NCBI GenBank assembly: GCA_001643675.2
Contig: LSRY02000012.1
Coordinates: forward strand, 1 to 64,000
Direction: 5' to 3'
Length of the DNA stretch: 64,000 nucleotides
Origin: Monocercomonoides exilis PA203
Lineage: Eukaryota > Protista > Preaxostyla
This document shows, one piece after another, positions 34,101-46,374 of the stretch; position 1 is the first letter of the stretch, and every line of letters starts with the position of its first letter. A program made the position numbers and the translations under genes. A model generated the notes under the pieces. It was not told the origin of the DNA, did no database searches, and saw nothing but the letters and a program-made list of their open reading frames with translations.

Positions 34101-36376
34101 CGTCATCACCAGAAGAAGAGACAGCCATGTCTGCGTATGGTTCTCGTTCTTCTACTTTTTCGTACAAACCTAAAAAGAAGCCACAGAAGCAGCAGCTCCA
34201 ACAGCCGCCTGAAGATCTGTGCACACTCACTTCCAGCTCTGTTTTTGAGTCTTCTCATATTTTCCATCAGCTTTCGTTGCTTCTCGATTTCCTGTTCAAC
34301 ATGCGCATTGTCTCTTCGATGCTCGTTTCTCTTTCTGTTTCTCGTTCGCTTGCTGAATCTGCTGGAGTCGCATTGCGAATTGGGCGAATGGTGTTTATTT
34401 CAACAGAAGAGTGTCCATTCTGCATAGGCGTGCTCGTTGAGTCGAGTCTGAAGCAGATCAGACAGCGTCTCCAAGCAAACAAAGCAAGAAAAGCTTTCGA
34501 AAAGATTACAAATCAAATGAATAAACAGGAAGCAGGCGCAGCCACATCGACTCCTTCCTATTTGTCTTTGCAATCATATTCAACGACGACTTCATCCATT
34601 GCGCTACCGTCGTTTTCTCAAACCCATTCGCCTTCTTCTTACTTTTCACTTGGATCACCTTCTGGTGCAAGTGCCTGCTACAGAGACATCACAGCTGCTG
34701 ATCTCGATGAGAACGAGGAGCGTATTGCTGTTCTTGCGTTGATTCCTCCGCCTTCCTTTGCTTTCACTCCGCTTGGGTGTGGTGGAGAAGTGAATGAGAC
34801 AGTCTATTTGGGCGGAGACGAGGAGAGAGAAGGCATCAATGGCTGTTCGGATGAGCTCTCCTTTTCAGACACAAGAACGTGGCAGAGGGCACTGCTGTTC
34901 ATTTATCCACGCCACATCGTTTCATTTTCTGAGGAGCTGTTGCAGATAAACATGAAGCTCACTCCACCATCATCTCGCCATCCGCTGTCTATTCCTATTC
35001 TGTCTGCCAATCCAACGTCGCTTCTTTCAGATTGGATGGATCCGACTCCTGTCACATTCCCGAAGTCCTTCTCTTCGCCAAATTCTTCTTCAGTTCCGTC
35101 GGCATCTGTTGCCTCTCGAACACTCGTTGCATCTCCAGCGTCTGTCATTCTGGACTCTCTCTGCGACTATTGCAACGGGCATCAGCCATTCTGCAGCAAG
35201 AGGGTGTTTCCTCAGCTTACAGTTCGTATTCTCTCTGATCCAGACAGATGCGTCGTGAGAAGCCTTAGCAATGGACTGACTTTCTGCTCAGCTGCACGAA
35301 GTGCCTCACAGGCGTTTATTCGGATGGAGATGGAGCAATTTGACGAGTCGAAGTGGGTTGGGGATAAAGTGTGCTCTCAGACGGGAGTGCACTACAGACA
35401 GGCAATTGACATTCTGAAGGGAATCGACAGAATGGAGCAGTATCAGAGAGAAAGAGATAAAAGCGACAGTGTTTTGCTGGAAGAACTGCATCAGCTGATT
35501 ATCATACTTCAGAGAGGAAAGTACATCACATCTGAAGGCATCTTAACTCTAAAGGGACGTGCTGCTTGCGAAGTATGCAACACTTCTAAAGAAAGATGAT
35601 TTACAAGAAATATATTTTTTTGTTTTTATGATTATTCTATTTCATTCAATCCATTTTATAATTCTGCTTTTTCTTATTTGTATTTTATTATTATTATTAT
35701 TGTTATTGTTATTTTCCTTACTGTTTAGGCTGATGTTGGTGATTGTGTGTTGCTGTCTGAAGTAATCTTTGCCAACTTCTTTGCTGGCCTCACTGCGGCA
35801 GATGCAATGTCAGCACTCTCAGCTTTTGTGTGCTCCGAAAAGGGATTTTGGAAGGGAACGAGTTTGCGTTCTTCTTCTGCTTCTGCTTCCGATGGCCAGA
35901 GCGGCGACTGGCTGGGCGAGCGGCTGTCTTGGCTGACGCAGCGGCTGGAGACAGCGTCGTACAACTGGGCGCGTCTGAAGCTGAACGAACCAGTCAACTA
36001 CGACCTCAGCATCCCGCCTGACCCGCAGCTCGTACAGCAGTATCTCTACACGCCCGCAGACGAGTTTTCGCCTCCCGCGCTGAACACAGCTCTGATGGGA
36101 GTCGTCCTCAAATGGGCAGAAGGAAGCGAGTTCAGCGAGGCCTGCCAGTACTCGACGTCTGGAAACATGGCTGACCAGCCCATCATGGAAGGGGCGGTGC
36201 TGCGCTGCATCCTGCGCACAATCAGCGTGGCTGACTCAGTCAAGCGCTGTGCTCGTGTGCTGGGTGATGCACGACTCATGCAGCTGATGGACGACGGTGT
36301 CAAAGCTGTTCATAGAGGAATCGTCAGCGCAGGATCTCTGTATCTGAAGGATGTACAAACAAAACAGAAACCGTAA
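28179..36376 (+). CDS. SKI2: Ski2/SKIV2L-like DExH RNA helicase with very long N-terminal extension (multi-exon)
   Basis: FPFQLDPFQ, AHTSAGKS, YTSPIKTLSNQK, DEVH, SAT, WVGRTKKK..RPVPL, QMSGRAGRRG. Intron ~35573-35728 joins a DSHCT C-terminus (EGAVLRCILR...RGIVSAGSLYL). 5' exons tentative. Confidence 0.88.
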
Positions 36377-36511
36377 AATTGCTATGAAATGATTTTTTTC
36401 TTTTACTAAAAAGATAAAAATGAAGTGAATTTTAAATTAAATCATAAAATTACTTTTTCTATTTGAATGTTTAATACATTCTTTTCTCAATAAATACAGA
36501 ATAAAGCTTTT

Positions 36512-39082
36512 CTAATTTTGCTTCTGATTTTTTGCTCTTGAAGTGCCAGTTTTAGGTGAAATGGAGCAAGTTGGGAAAGAATACTTTGGAAGGCGTGGTG
36601 TGTAAATTGAAGAGGAAGCAGATGATGGAAACGAAGATTGCTCCTGCGAGGAAAGATAATCTTCTTTGCTGAGAGACCATTTGGTCGTAAAATCTTGCTG
36701 ATAGAGAGAGAACAAGACACCTCCATTCCAGCAGCACATTTCAGGACTGAATAAGAATACAAAATAATATGCAAGCAAAGAAAAAAATAGTATGAAATAT
36801 TTGAGTGTGCACAACATATTAAAAAAGAATAAGAAATGTTTTTGAAATGTTTTCATACTTTTCTGTTTGAATGACTCTCAAATTATCTGAGTCTGGAAGT
36901 TCAGGCCTCAGCTCTTGGTATCTGATTCAGAATTTGTAATTTGAAAGGGTAAAAAATTTCAAAATGAGAAAAAGAAAAACAGTTTGAAAATGAAAATTAA
37001 ATAGGAAACGTTAAAGTTGCACACAATCTTTCAGCAAGACCTTTCAATTTACTGCAGCCGCCAACGATGAAAATGTTCTGAGAAAACAATCCGCGTAAGT
37101 TGCGAGGAAGCAATGAAAGAGAATCCAACACAGCTTTCGAGATTCCGCCAGAAGGAATGCCTGTCATATAAGAACACATTGAATGATCATCAAACAAATG
37201 TGAAAAATTGAAAGAATCAAAAAAATAAATATATATTTTAATATATAAATCATTTCTGTTCTTTTAAAATTTTTATAGTTTCTGCTCTTTGAAAATAAAC
37301 AAATTTAATAGTTGTTGCATTCACCAAACCCACATCTGTTGGATTGAACAGCACTTCTGGAATGGTTATGCGATGAACATCTATTGGGATCACTCTTTCT
37401 GGTTCAACAGAAGAAGAAGCAGAAGATGAAGAAGATGGAAGTGTTTGTGATGTATCAGAATCAGAAGATGATTGGCTGACAGTTTGGTGTGTTGGCTGTG
37501 ACATTTCTGTAAGAAGTTCTTTCTGAGTGGATTGTGATTGAATGTCTACATCTGTTTTTCCTGTTGAGCCAGATGATTGAAGTTCGCGGGTTTGAATGAT
37601 TTTTTTTGACTTCTGCATTTTTTTGCCCCTGTGAACTGATCCATTATGCTGAATTATCCTTCTCTTTTTTTTGGTGTTCGCTCCATCGTCTTCGTCTGTA
37701 AGATCATTTAAATCTGATTCGTCATCGTCATTTTCTTCGTTTTCATCGAGTTGAAAATCTTCATCGTCTTCGTCATCGTCATCGTCATCATCTTCCTCAT
37801 CAATATCTTTGATCATCTCCATCCCACTCTTGCGTAATTTATTGCTTTTCTCGTCTTCGCCTTGCCTTCTCTCTTTCATCAGCTCTTTCCATTTCTTCAC
37901 AAATGCTGGCTCTCTCACAAATCCTTCAAAAGAAGTGACAAAGTCTGGTACAACATACTCCAGAGCCAGCCATTCTTCATCGCAATCCACTTTCTCTAGT
38001 ACATTCTCTCCACATTTTGTTTGCATCAGCTTGTTTTGCATCAACATTTTCAATGACTCCTTTCTAAGTTTTTCCCTTTCAACGGCTTCTTCGATTCGGG
38101 CAACTGCGGATTTCATCGCAACGGCTTCAACGCTGCAACAACAATCGGTTTGATCTTTGATCTGTTCTGTTTTCTCTACTGTCTCCTTTTCTCCTTTTAT
38201 CTTTTGCCTTTCTTTTTCATAATACACAAAACATGTTTGCTCTTTCATGTGATTCATGAGAAGAAATTCTTCAGACACATCCCAAGAACGGAAGCAGACA
38301 ATCCCCTTCAAAATGTTTGTTAGGTGCTTTCCTCCAACAGCAACAGTTTTCATGGCGTCTTCAACTGGAAGCGTACGATAAAGTGGAGTAATTCTCGTAC
38401 TACTATGCCCAACATCAATAATAATAGCACATTCAGGAAAAGATTGCAGAAACTCTTCCTCAGGTGCAGTCTCTTTCAAAGGTTTCCCATCCCACATCTC
38501 GTTCATAACCCCCCAAAGTGCCAAAAATGCTTCGGGTGCTAAACATAAAGAAGGGAAACCAAATTCTTCAAAAATAACCTGATAAATCATTTGCCTCAAT
38601 GTCTGTGGAATTATGAGTGGGCTAGACAAGATTAATGGCGTTTTTTGAATTTTTTCCTTTGTCAATCCAAAATATGAAAATGAGTTTGCCCAAATATCCA
38701 TTTGCACCTTCCAATCGACAACATATCCCTATTGTATATTTAGCGTGAATTATTGAGAAAATTTTCTTCATGATAAAAATATAGCAAACTTTTTCAAATC
38801 CAGATTGGACTGTCAATCTTCCCATGTTGTAATGAGAAATGTCATCTCCATAAATATACGATCGTTTATCTCCCGCTTTTGTTCGTAACGATGCTCTGAG
38901 GTTTAGCATCGTTGTCGGTGCAAGAGAAAGATCTGAAAATCCACATTTCAATCGAAACGAACCGTTGTCTATAACGAACGGCCGTCTATATATTTATAAA
39001 TACATTATTTTAAAGACATAAGAGAACAAAATGAAATAATGAATTGAAGTAATCTCCGAAATAATCGAAATTCAAACTTCAT
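36512..39082 (-). CDS. ARP6: Actin-related protein 6 (SWR1 complex), multi-exon
   Basis: FVIDNGSFRLKCGF, IIDVGHSSTRITP, VGGKHLTNILKGIV...MKEQTCFV, LEYVVPDF..FEGFVR, ITIPEVLFNPTDVG, NIFIVGG, MCCWNGG. Carries an acidic insertion. Confidence 0.85.
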
Positions 39083-39402
39083 TATTACGATCTTCCCCAC
39101 ATATTAAATTGACTCTTTTTTCTTTTTGTTAAAAAGGAAAAAATTATAATTGATTTCATGGTTCAAGTTTTTAAACAATAAATTTATAAAAGGGTGAATT
39201 TACAGTAAAGAATTTTGACTTCCCTGAAAAGCAGAAAAAAATACTGCAAATAAAAAAATATTCGACCTTTATGAGGGTTGTAATAAAAATAATAACTGTG
39301 CTATGGCATTAATAAAATAAAATCCTCCTATCTCAGGGATTGATCTCTCAGAAAGATTCAAAGAAAAGAAGTTGAGAAATGCGTTACAGCCAAGATTGAG
39401 AC

Positions 39403-39662
39403 TTAGATTTGTGTTGCTGCTTCACCTGCAGAAGTTCCAGAAGATGCGCTTCCTCCATTCTTTCTACGTGCACAGTATCCAATAATTGCGAGAACGGCGA
39501 TGATAAACACAATAACCATCAAGATAATAAAGATAACGTTTCCAGCGTCTGCCTGAAATGATATAAAGAAAATAACGCGATGACAAGTTGTAGCATCATC
39601 AAGAATTCATAAGAAAATAAAAAAGTCTGGAAATAGCGCGTGCTAAATGAAATTCAAACCAT
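39403..39662 (-). CDS. 50-aa single-pass membrane microprotein, SMIM30-like (not in ORF track)
   Basis: ATG (39660-39662), intron GTTTG...CAG (39553-39659), exon 39403-39552. Protein: MADAGNVIFIILMVIVFIIAVLAIIGYCARRKNGGSASSGTSAGEAATQI*. Confidence 0.7.
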
Positions 39663-39732
39663 GTTGATTTTATTGTTGAATCCGATCAAAGTTCAACCAT
39701 TATCTTAAATTAACTATTTCAAAAAATAAAAA

Positions 39733-41018
39733 ATGGAGCGTTTTGTAACTTTAAAAAAACGTTTGGAGGCCATGAAGTGTGTATATAAGTATATTTTATA
39801 TTAGATATTTTTAATTCGATTGTTAACCTCTTTTTAGGTTTTACGAGCCTCTTGGAATCGACTCAGTTCCACTGGTTGAAAGACTTGTTGGAGAATTATT
39901 ACTTGCAACCGACACTGTAAATTCGTTGGAAGCTGAAGTTAAAAAGCTTAGACAAGAAAACAAGTCCCTGAACAGTGAGGTTTAAAATTTTTATTCAAAT
40001 TTTAAAAATCGTTTTTTTATAATACATTTGATATGATTTTAACAACTTTTGTTGAACGCCTAAGTGTGACTATTTAGCACATGATAAAAGTCGTGTTGTA
40101 ACAGAACTTAATGAACTTCACAAAAAGATGGTGGCACAAAGTGTTCAAGCCCATGCAAGAGAGAGACAAGGTGAACTTTCAATGGAACAAATGGCAGACA
40201 AAATAAAAGATACGCGCTTTCTCAATACTCAACTCACGCAAAGGCTGCATGAACGAGAGGAAGAGTTGGAAGATTTGAAAAAGAAATATGACGAACTTCT
40301 GGCTGATTCTTTGAAATCTGTGCAAACAAGTTTGTCTAATTTTTTCACATAAATATATATAAATAATAATTGCTTTTAACAATTAGGTGGTGGAAGATCA
40401 ATTCCCCTTCGGCGTCTCACTTCAGCAAGAACTCCTCAACCAGTTGCTCCGAATGCAAATCGTGAAAGAGCAGTATCTGCCACTCCGAAATCTTCTCGTG
40501 CTTATTCATCGACTGAAAAAGCAGAAAGCGCAAGGGTCATGAAGGATATGGAAGAACAAGAACAAAACAGACGCTCGAAAGAACAATATAAGCGTGATTA
40601 TTACTCTTCCCCGAGCACACATTCTCGAGGATCAGAGCATCATCATCGGCATCATTATCGCCATGGCATTCATGATGAATCCAATTATGAAGATGATCAG
40701 CCAACGTATCGCTCTTCGCAGTCATCATCGTCATATTGTTCGAGCTGCTATTCTTCTCCAACTACGTCATCGTATAGCTCATGCGATTCGTGTTCATATT
40801 GTGCTGCAAGAAGGCAGCATGATCCACGTCAAGATTATGAGAAGAGGGATGATGAAAGAGAAGAGGAGAGAAAGTGGAATCAAAGACGAGAAGAAGAGAA
40901 GAGAGGAAGGGGAAAACATTTCAATGAAAAATATGGAGATGATGAAGAAAAGATGTGGGAAAGAGAGAAAAGAGAGAAAGACCAAATGAGATCTCATTTC
41001 AATCCAGCTCGAACTTGA
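39733..41018 (+). CDS. Short CEP135/Bld10-like coiled-coil protein (4 exons)
   Basis: Spliced N-terminus MERFVTLKKRLEAMKFYEPLGIDSVPLVERLVGELL...YLAHDKSRVVTELNELH resembles the CEP135 N-terminal domain. Low-complexity S/H/R/E C-terminus. Confidence 0.6.
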
Positions 41019-41384
41019 ACGTTTTATTCATTTCAACTTTCCATGGTTTTGCTTTCATTTCAGTTTGTTTTCATTTTTTTTTTTTTTGATATCTGCTTGT
41101 GGGATTGTAGAATTCAAAAGCACTTCACATTTTTTGTAACAAAGAAAAAATGATTGTTTCAATGTTGATAAAAACTAATGTGAGAAACGTAACTAACATC
41201 AAAAAAACAAAAGCAATTGAGCCTCGGAACGAAGGCGAGACTGCAAATGCTTTATTCTCTTCTCTTTTAATAGAAAACACTTCTAACAGATTTATAAAAA
41301 TTAAAGTGAATGCACCAAATTTTTGACAAGCTTCAAGTTCTGATTCTCTTAGAATGCTGCGAAATTAATATCTTTGCTTTTCAT

Positions 41385-44034
41385 TTACAACACTTCTCCA
41401 CGCATTGCAATGATGATCTTTCCAACAGCACGAGCAGCAGCGTCTGCACGGCGGAACACCGGAATGCCACGTGCAATAAGCTCAGAGGTGACATGGCGAT
41501 ACAAGTTGCCTGACTCAATCGACACAACAAACGGCTTCTCCTTTCCGAACTTTTCTTTCAACGCAACAATTCTATCAATAAAACCGCCAGGAGCATCGAC
41601 ATCTTCGGGGTGGCCTGGTCCTTTCTCTCTGACTTTGAACTGAATTGACTCTGGAACAGTTGCAAGCACTGCTGCATCACAGCCAGCGTCTGACAACATA
41701 ATCTCGCAGAGGTCGCACCATCTATTCTCAGGTAGCATCGGAGTCACATCCAACACAGGCGAAATATCAATAACACCCTTCAGACCAGCACTGACAAATA
41801 ACTCTTCTATCTTGGCGGAGGTTTCTGGAGACCATTGGGTAAGTGCAATAGACGATGGGTTGCCTCTAAAGAGATGGTCTGCCAAGCAGCACTTTTCATA
41901 TCCTGCATTGCTCACCATCCCAACGCCTGCCGCCTTTGTCATCGGTCGTCGCAGAGCTGAGAATGAAGGCATCAGAGCACAGCACATCAAAATCTGTTCG
42001 TATTCCTCAAACGAATCGCACACAACAGCGCCTCGTCCAGCAGAGCGAATGAGGAACGAGAACATGTCATAATCACCAGCCATTGAGGCAGTGTGGCCTT
42101 TTGCAGCGTCTTTTCCCTGGGCTGTTCGGCCAGATTTGTACACAACCACAATAATGCTCAGTTCTGCTGCCATGTGCAGCAGCTTAATCAGGCGGCGCCC
42201 TTCTCCTTGATTGAAGCCTTCGATGTAGAGTCCAATTGCAGAGGCGCCATCATAGCGAGATTTTGCACTTCCATCGGGATGCTCTCTTGAATTCTTGATG
42301 TCCATGATAACATACTCCAGGAAGTCTGTCACGGACAAATCAAGCTGGTTTCCCACAGACACAGACATGCACGGATTAATAATGCCAACCAGATCAGACG
42401 AGCGAGAAATAAGCTGCGCTCCACTTTGAGAAATGATAACAACATTCTCTGCACCTAAATACGGCATCTTCTTTGCTTTTTCTTCAGCAGGTGCATCAAA
42501 CACTGCATCAGGAACAAGACCACCTTCGCTTTCCTTCATCGTCAATACTCCAGAAGAGCTCTTGTACTGCGGAGTGAAAAGGGTATCGATGGATCCTTTG
42601 GATGTGAACCCGAGAGTATTCGGACCGCATATAACAGGTCGTTTCTCAGGTGTCATGTTGAGCGTGTTGAGTTTCTGCTCCATCTCGTGCTGGATTGCTC
42701 CTCCTGTCTCCGTCTCCGCAAACCCTGCTGTGACAATCAGCATCGACTCTGCTGCATGCATGTCAAATGATTCTTCGCAGAGCTTCTTTGCAGATCCTGC
42801 GCCAACAGCCACAATCAACAGATCAACTGGCTCTCCTCCTCTCTTCTCCAGCACTTCATTCATTGTCTTGTAGCATGTGCATCCTTCAACCACTTTCTCA
42901 GCTGGATGCAGAAGATATATCGATTCCAGTGGAATTGATCCGTTTTCTCTTGCCTTTCGTGCCATAATTGAACCAGGATTATCTCGACGCTTTCCCGAAG
43001 CTCCAGCAATCATAACAGATTTCGGATGAAGCATTTTCTCAATCTTGCCCAAAGGCTTGGGGATCATAGAAAGCGGAAGCGCTGCAATTTCTTCTGCTGA
43101 TAAAGCGGCTTTTGAGCCACATTCACAGCATGCTGAAGGTGTAGTTGAAGATGAAGAGTTGCCGCTTCCATGTCTGAACGTCAATCTTTTAGCTCGGAGA
43201 ACACCATCCAAAGCAATTAAATGTCCATCGTGAACAGTTGCTGGATTAACTTCAAGCTCTTCCAAACTGTATTTCGAATTTCGATTAAAAACAGAGAAAT
43301 ATGACGAAGCCCATTGAAGTTTTTTAAGTTGATTTATTAAAACATCCAATTCTAATCTCTTCTTTGTTCCACGTGCAACACCAGTCAAAATACGAACAAG
43401 TGGAAGATTTTCCAATAATTTACGATTTTCGTCCAAGTTCATATTTGATGGAAGAAATAGATTTGCACGATTCGGCTTCATTTGTTCTTTCAATTCCTCA
43501 ACAAGGGTACCTCCAAATCCAAGTGCAATCATTGGACCAAAGTCATGATCTTGGAAAAGAGAAATCAGAATTTCGTCTCCAAGAGAACCTTTCATTGGGA
43601 GCATTTGAACAAATAATGTTCCTTTATACTTTTCAGGTGGAAAGCGGGATGTAAAATCATTCCATGCCTTATCAGCATCTGCTGGTGTAACATTAAACAA
43701 TACACCTTTTGCTTCGGTTTTATGAGTCAGGCCATCAACAACAACTTTTGCAACAAACTTTTCAACTCCCTTTGGCAGCATTTCTCCAATCTTAGATGGA
43801 TCTGTTCCAGCTGGTATAAAAATACGTGGAGGTGTTGGAAGTTCGAGGACTTCAAGGAAATCGTAAACTTCATATTCATCAAGTGCTTGATTTGGGCGCG
43901 AAACACATTTTTCAAGAATGCTTTTAAAAAATTCAAAAACGACTTTTCAACTTCTCTTAAATAAATCGTTATCAAATATACCTTTCAAGTTTCTCGATTT
44001 GCTCTGCTGGAATAATTGGTTGGACGAATTCCAT
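41385..44034 (-). CDS. Acetyl-CoA synthetase (ADP-forming) / acetate-CoA ligase, beta-alpha fusion
   Basis: Intron 43921-43981. N-terminal ATP-grasp (LDEYEVYDFL, AKVV...HKTEAKGV, FGPMIALGFGG..VE, ELEVNP...IALDG), then CoA-binding (PKSVMIAGAS, GPNTLG) and ligase domains (ISQSGA, SVGNQLD, KSGRT..GKDAAKGHTASMAG with the phospho-His). Confidence 0.9.
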
Positions 44035-45185
44035 CGTTTTACACTTTTTCCACCCATAGCTTTATCTTTGGATGTTAAATGTGAAGGGTTCGATCAAACC
44101 TTTTTATTTTAAAATTTTCGATGAATTGAACTTTTTCTTGAATAAAAAAACAAGGTTATGACCTTAAACCAGAAAATGGAACTATATGCCTATCTGCTGT
44201 TAGTTCAATGCTTTTTCAGAATGGAGTTCATTTTTTTGAATTATTCCAAGTTTTGGCTCAAAAGACGGATAATGGACAAGCTCAACAACAACCTTTGAAA
44301 ATAAAAATTATTATGAGTCAAGCTCGTATTGATATCATATCATACTATTGTTATATTGCAACTCTTTTTCATTTTTCAATGTTAACTGTGATTCGGTTCA
44401 ACGCGAAAGGATTGCAGATTCTGGTGAGCAATTTTTTGTTTTATTCTTAAACTTGATTTTGTTCTGTTTTTATGTTACGTATTCTTTGAAAGATGAAGAA
44501 GTTGTTACTCAACTTCTTGACGCTCTATTTTGTTCTGTAGTGGTGCAATCTCATGGAAATGCAAATAATTCGAAGTGACTTTTCGTGTTTTCGTTGCCTT
44601 CCAGTGAATTATGCATGAAATAACAAACTTTTTAGCAAAATCAAACACCTGTATTGATTTGCTTATTCAATATTTTGAAAACTGTTTTCTTTCAAAAAAA
44701 TGAAAATATTGAGTTTTACATCAAATATTTATTTTTATTTGAATTGATGAAATGTATGTCTGTATCGTATTCTTTTGTTTGAAAATCTTGAGACCTATCC
44801 AACTTGTTATCACTTTTTTTAACAAAATAAGTCTGTAATTGTTGCAAAATAAATTTATATGTTTATGGAAGGTAATTTTGTGTCCAGCAATATATTATTC
44901 ATTATGGAAATGGCAATTGTCTGGAATAAATGAGAAATAATGAAATGACAATAGAATTATTATTTGAATAACTTGGAACAACGCTTTCTGAATTTCTTTC
45001 ATAAGGATATTTCAGTTTAACATTTTTTTAAAATAAAAATTGTAATTGTTAAGAATCTTCTTTTATGACATAATCAAAAGAATACTTTTAATTTTTAATT
45101 TAAAGATAACGTTAAAATTAAACAAAAAATGAATAAAAATGAAATATTTTGAATTTATTAATTAATACAATTTTTTCATGAAAGT

Positions 45186-45991
45186 TCATTTAGTTGGAGG
45201 AGCAAAAGGATCGTATGGCATTTGATCTTCTCCTTCTTGTTCAAGTTCTTTTGCAGCTTTTGCTAATTCATCAATTTCAATCAGGAGACGACTGATTGGT
45301 GCAAGTGCCTCGTTTAGTCGTTGAAGTGGATTAGTTGGTGATGAAGATGTTGAGCCATCGCTTCCGCTTGGAGGAGATACTGAAGAAGTTGTCAAAGGAG
45401 ATGGGGTAGGTGTTGGAGATGGTGTAGATGATGGTGAAGTGATTGAAGGTTCTGATGCTTCAACTTCATTTAATTCAACATTGCAAAAACAACATAAGAA
45501 ATCTTTTGTTTCTATGTCTACATGCCTTTGGGCAGCTAAAGCATCATATTTCCTACGGCATTTGGGGCAATAATACGGATAAACGCATGTATTATCCTTT
45601 TTGTCTGCAGATAAGCTCAAACGCATTGCTGTAATATGATATTTAACGCTATCAATAAAAAGTCTATAATCAATCCAATAAATGTTTCCAGTTCCAAGAC
45701 CAGTTCCTCGTTCAGCAACATTTTCTTCACAACGAATAAGTTGATCAGATCGAAGTTGATTCAGGATTCTACTTGTCTGTTTAGGAGAAAAATGAAGCAT
45801 GTCAACGAGTCTTTCCTCTCGTATTCTTAACAAAAATTAATTCATCAATATCAAGATTTTATAGAAACACAAAAATGTAACCTATTTGATCTTAAAAGAG
45901 CTTCCATCACCACTACATATTCCGAATCATAAAATGCTCTCATGACGGTTCGAACAAGATGAGTTACTCGTGGATCAGGTTGTTGTTCCAT
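45186..45991 (-). CDS. TFA1: Transcription initiation factor IIE alpha subunit (2 exons)
   Basis: LVRTVMRAFY..EYVVVMEALL; winged helix (IREERLVDML..SPKQTSRILNQLRSDQLI); YWIDYRLFIDSVKYHI; Zn ribbon CPKC...CCFC. Confidence 0.9.
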
Positions 45992-46374
45992 TTGAAATTA
46001 CACAATAATTAAATTCATGTACCCATAATAAATTATGAAAAGAATCTATTTTCAGAATAAATGTTTGTCATTTTTCATTGCGATATTAATAACAAATTGT
46101 ATTTTTTTCTTTGAATAACTGTTTTTCAAAATCACTAATTCTTTAATGAAATTATTTTGTAAATTCAGTTTTTTGAGGATTGAACAAAAATGAAATAAAG
46201 CGAAATTATTTTCATGGAAAAAAGCAAAACCAAAATAAGTTCTTTTTGAAGAAGACATTAATGTGAAAGAATGTGTTTACCATTGTCAATTTTAGTAATT
46301 ATTTTTTGTTATCATAACTTTTTTCTCGATATTAATAAATAAAAGGTATTTTTTGTTAAAATAAATTGATATTA

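Noticed and set aside
44208-44578. Small + strand ORFs upstream of the acetyl-CoA synthetase
   Set aside because: No motif and no convincing splice model; cannot be supported as a gene.
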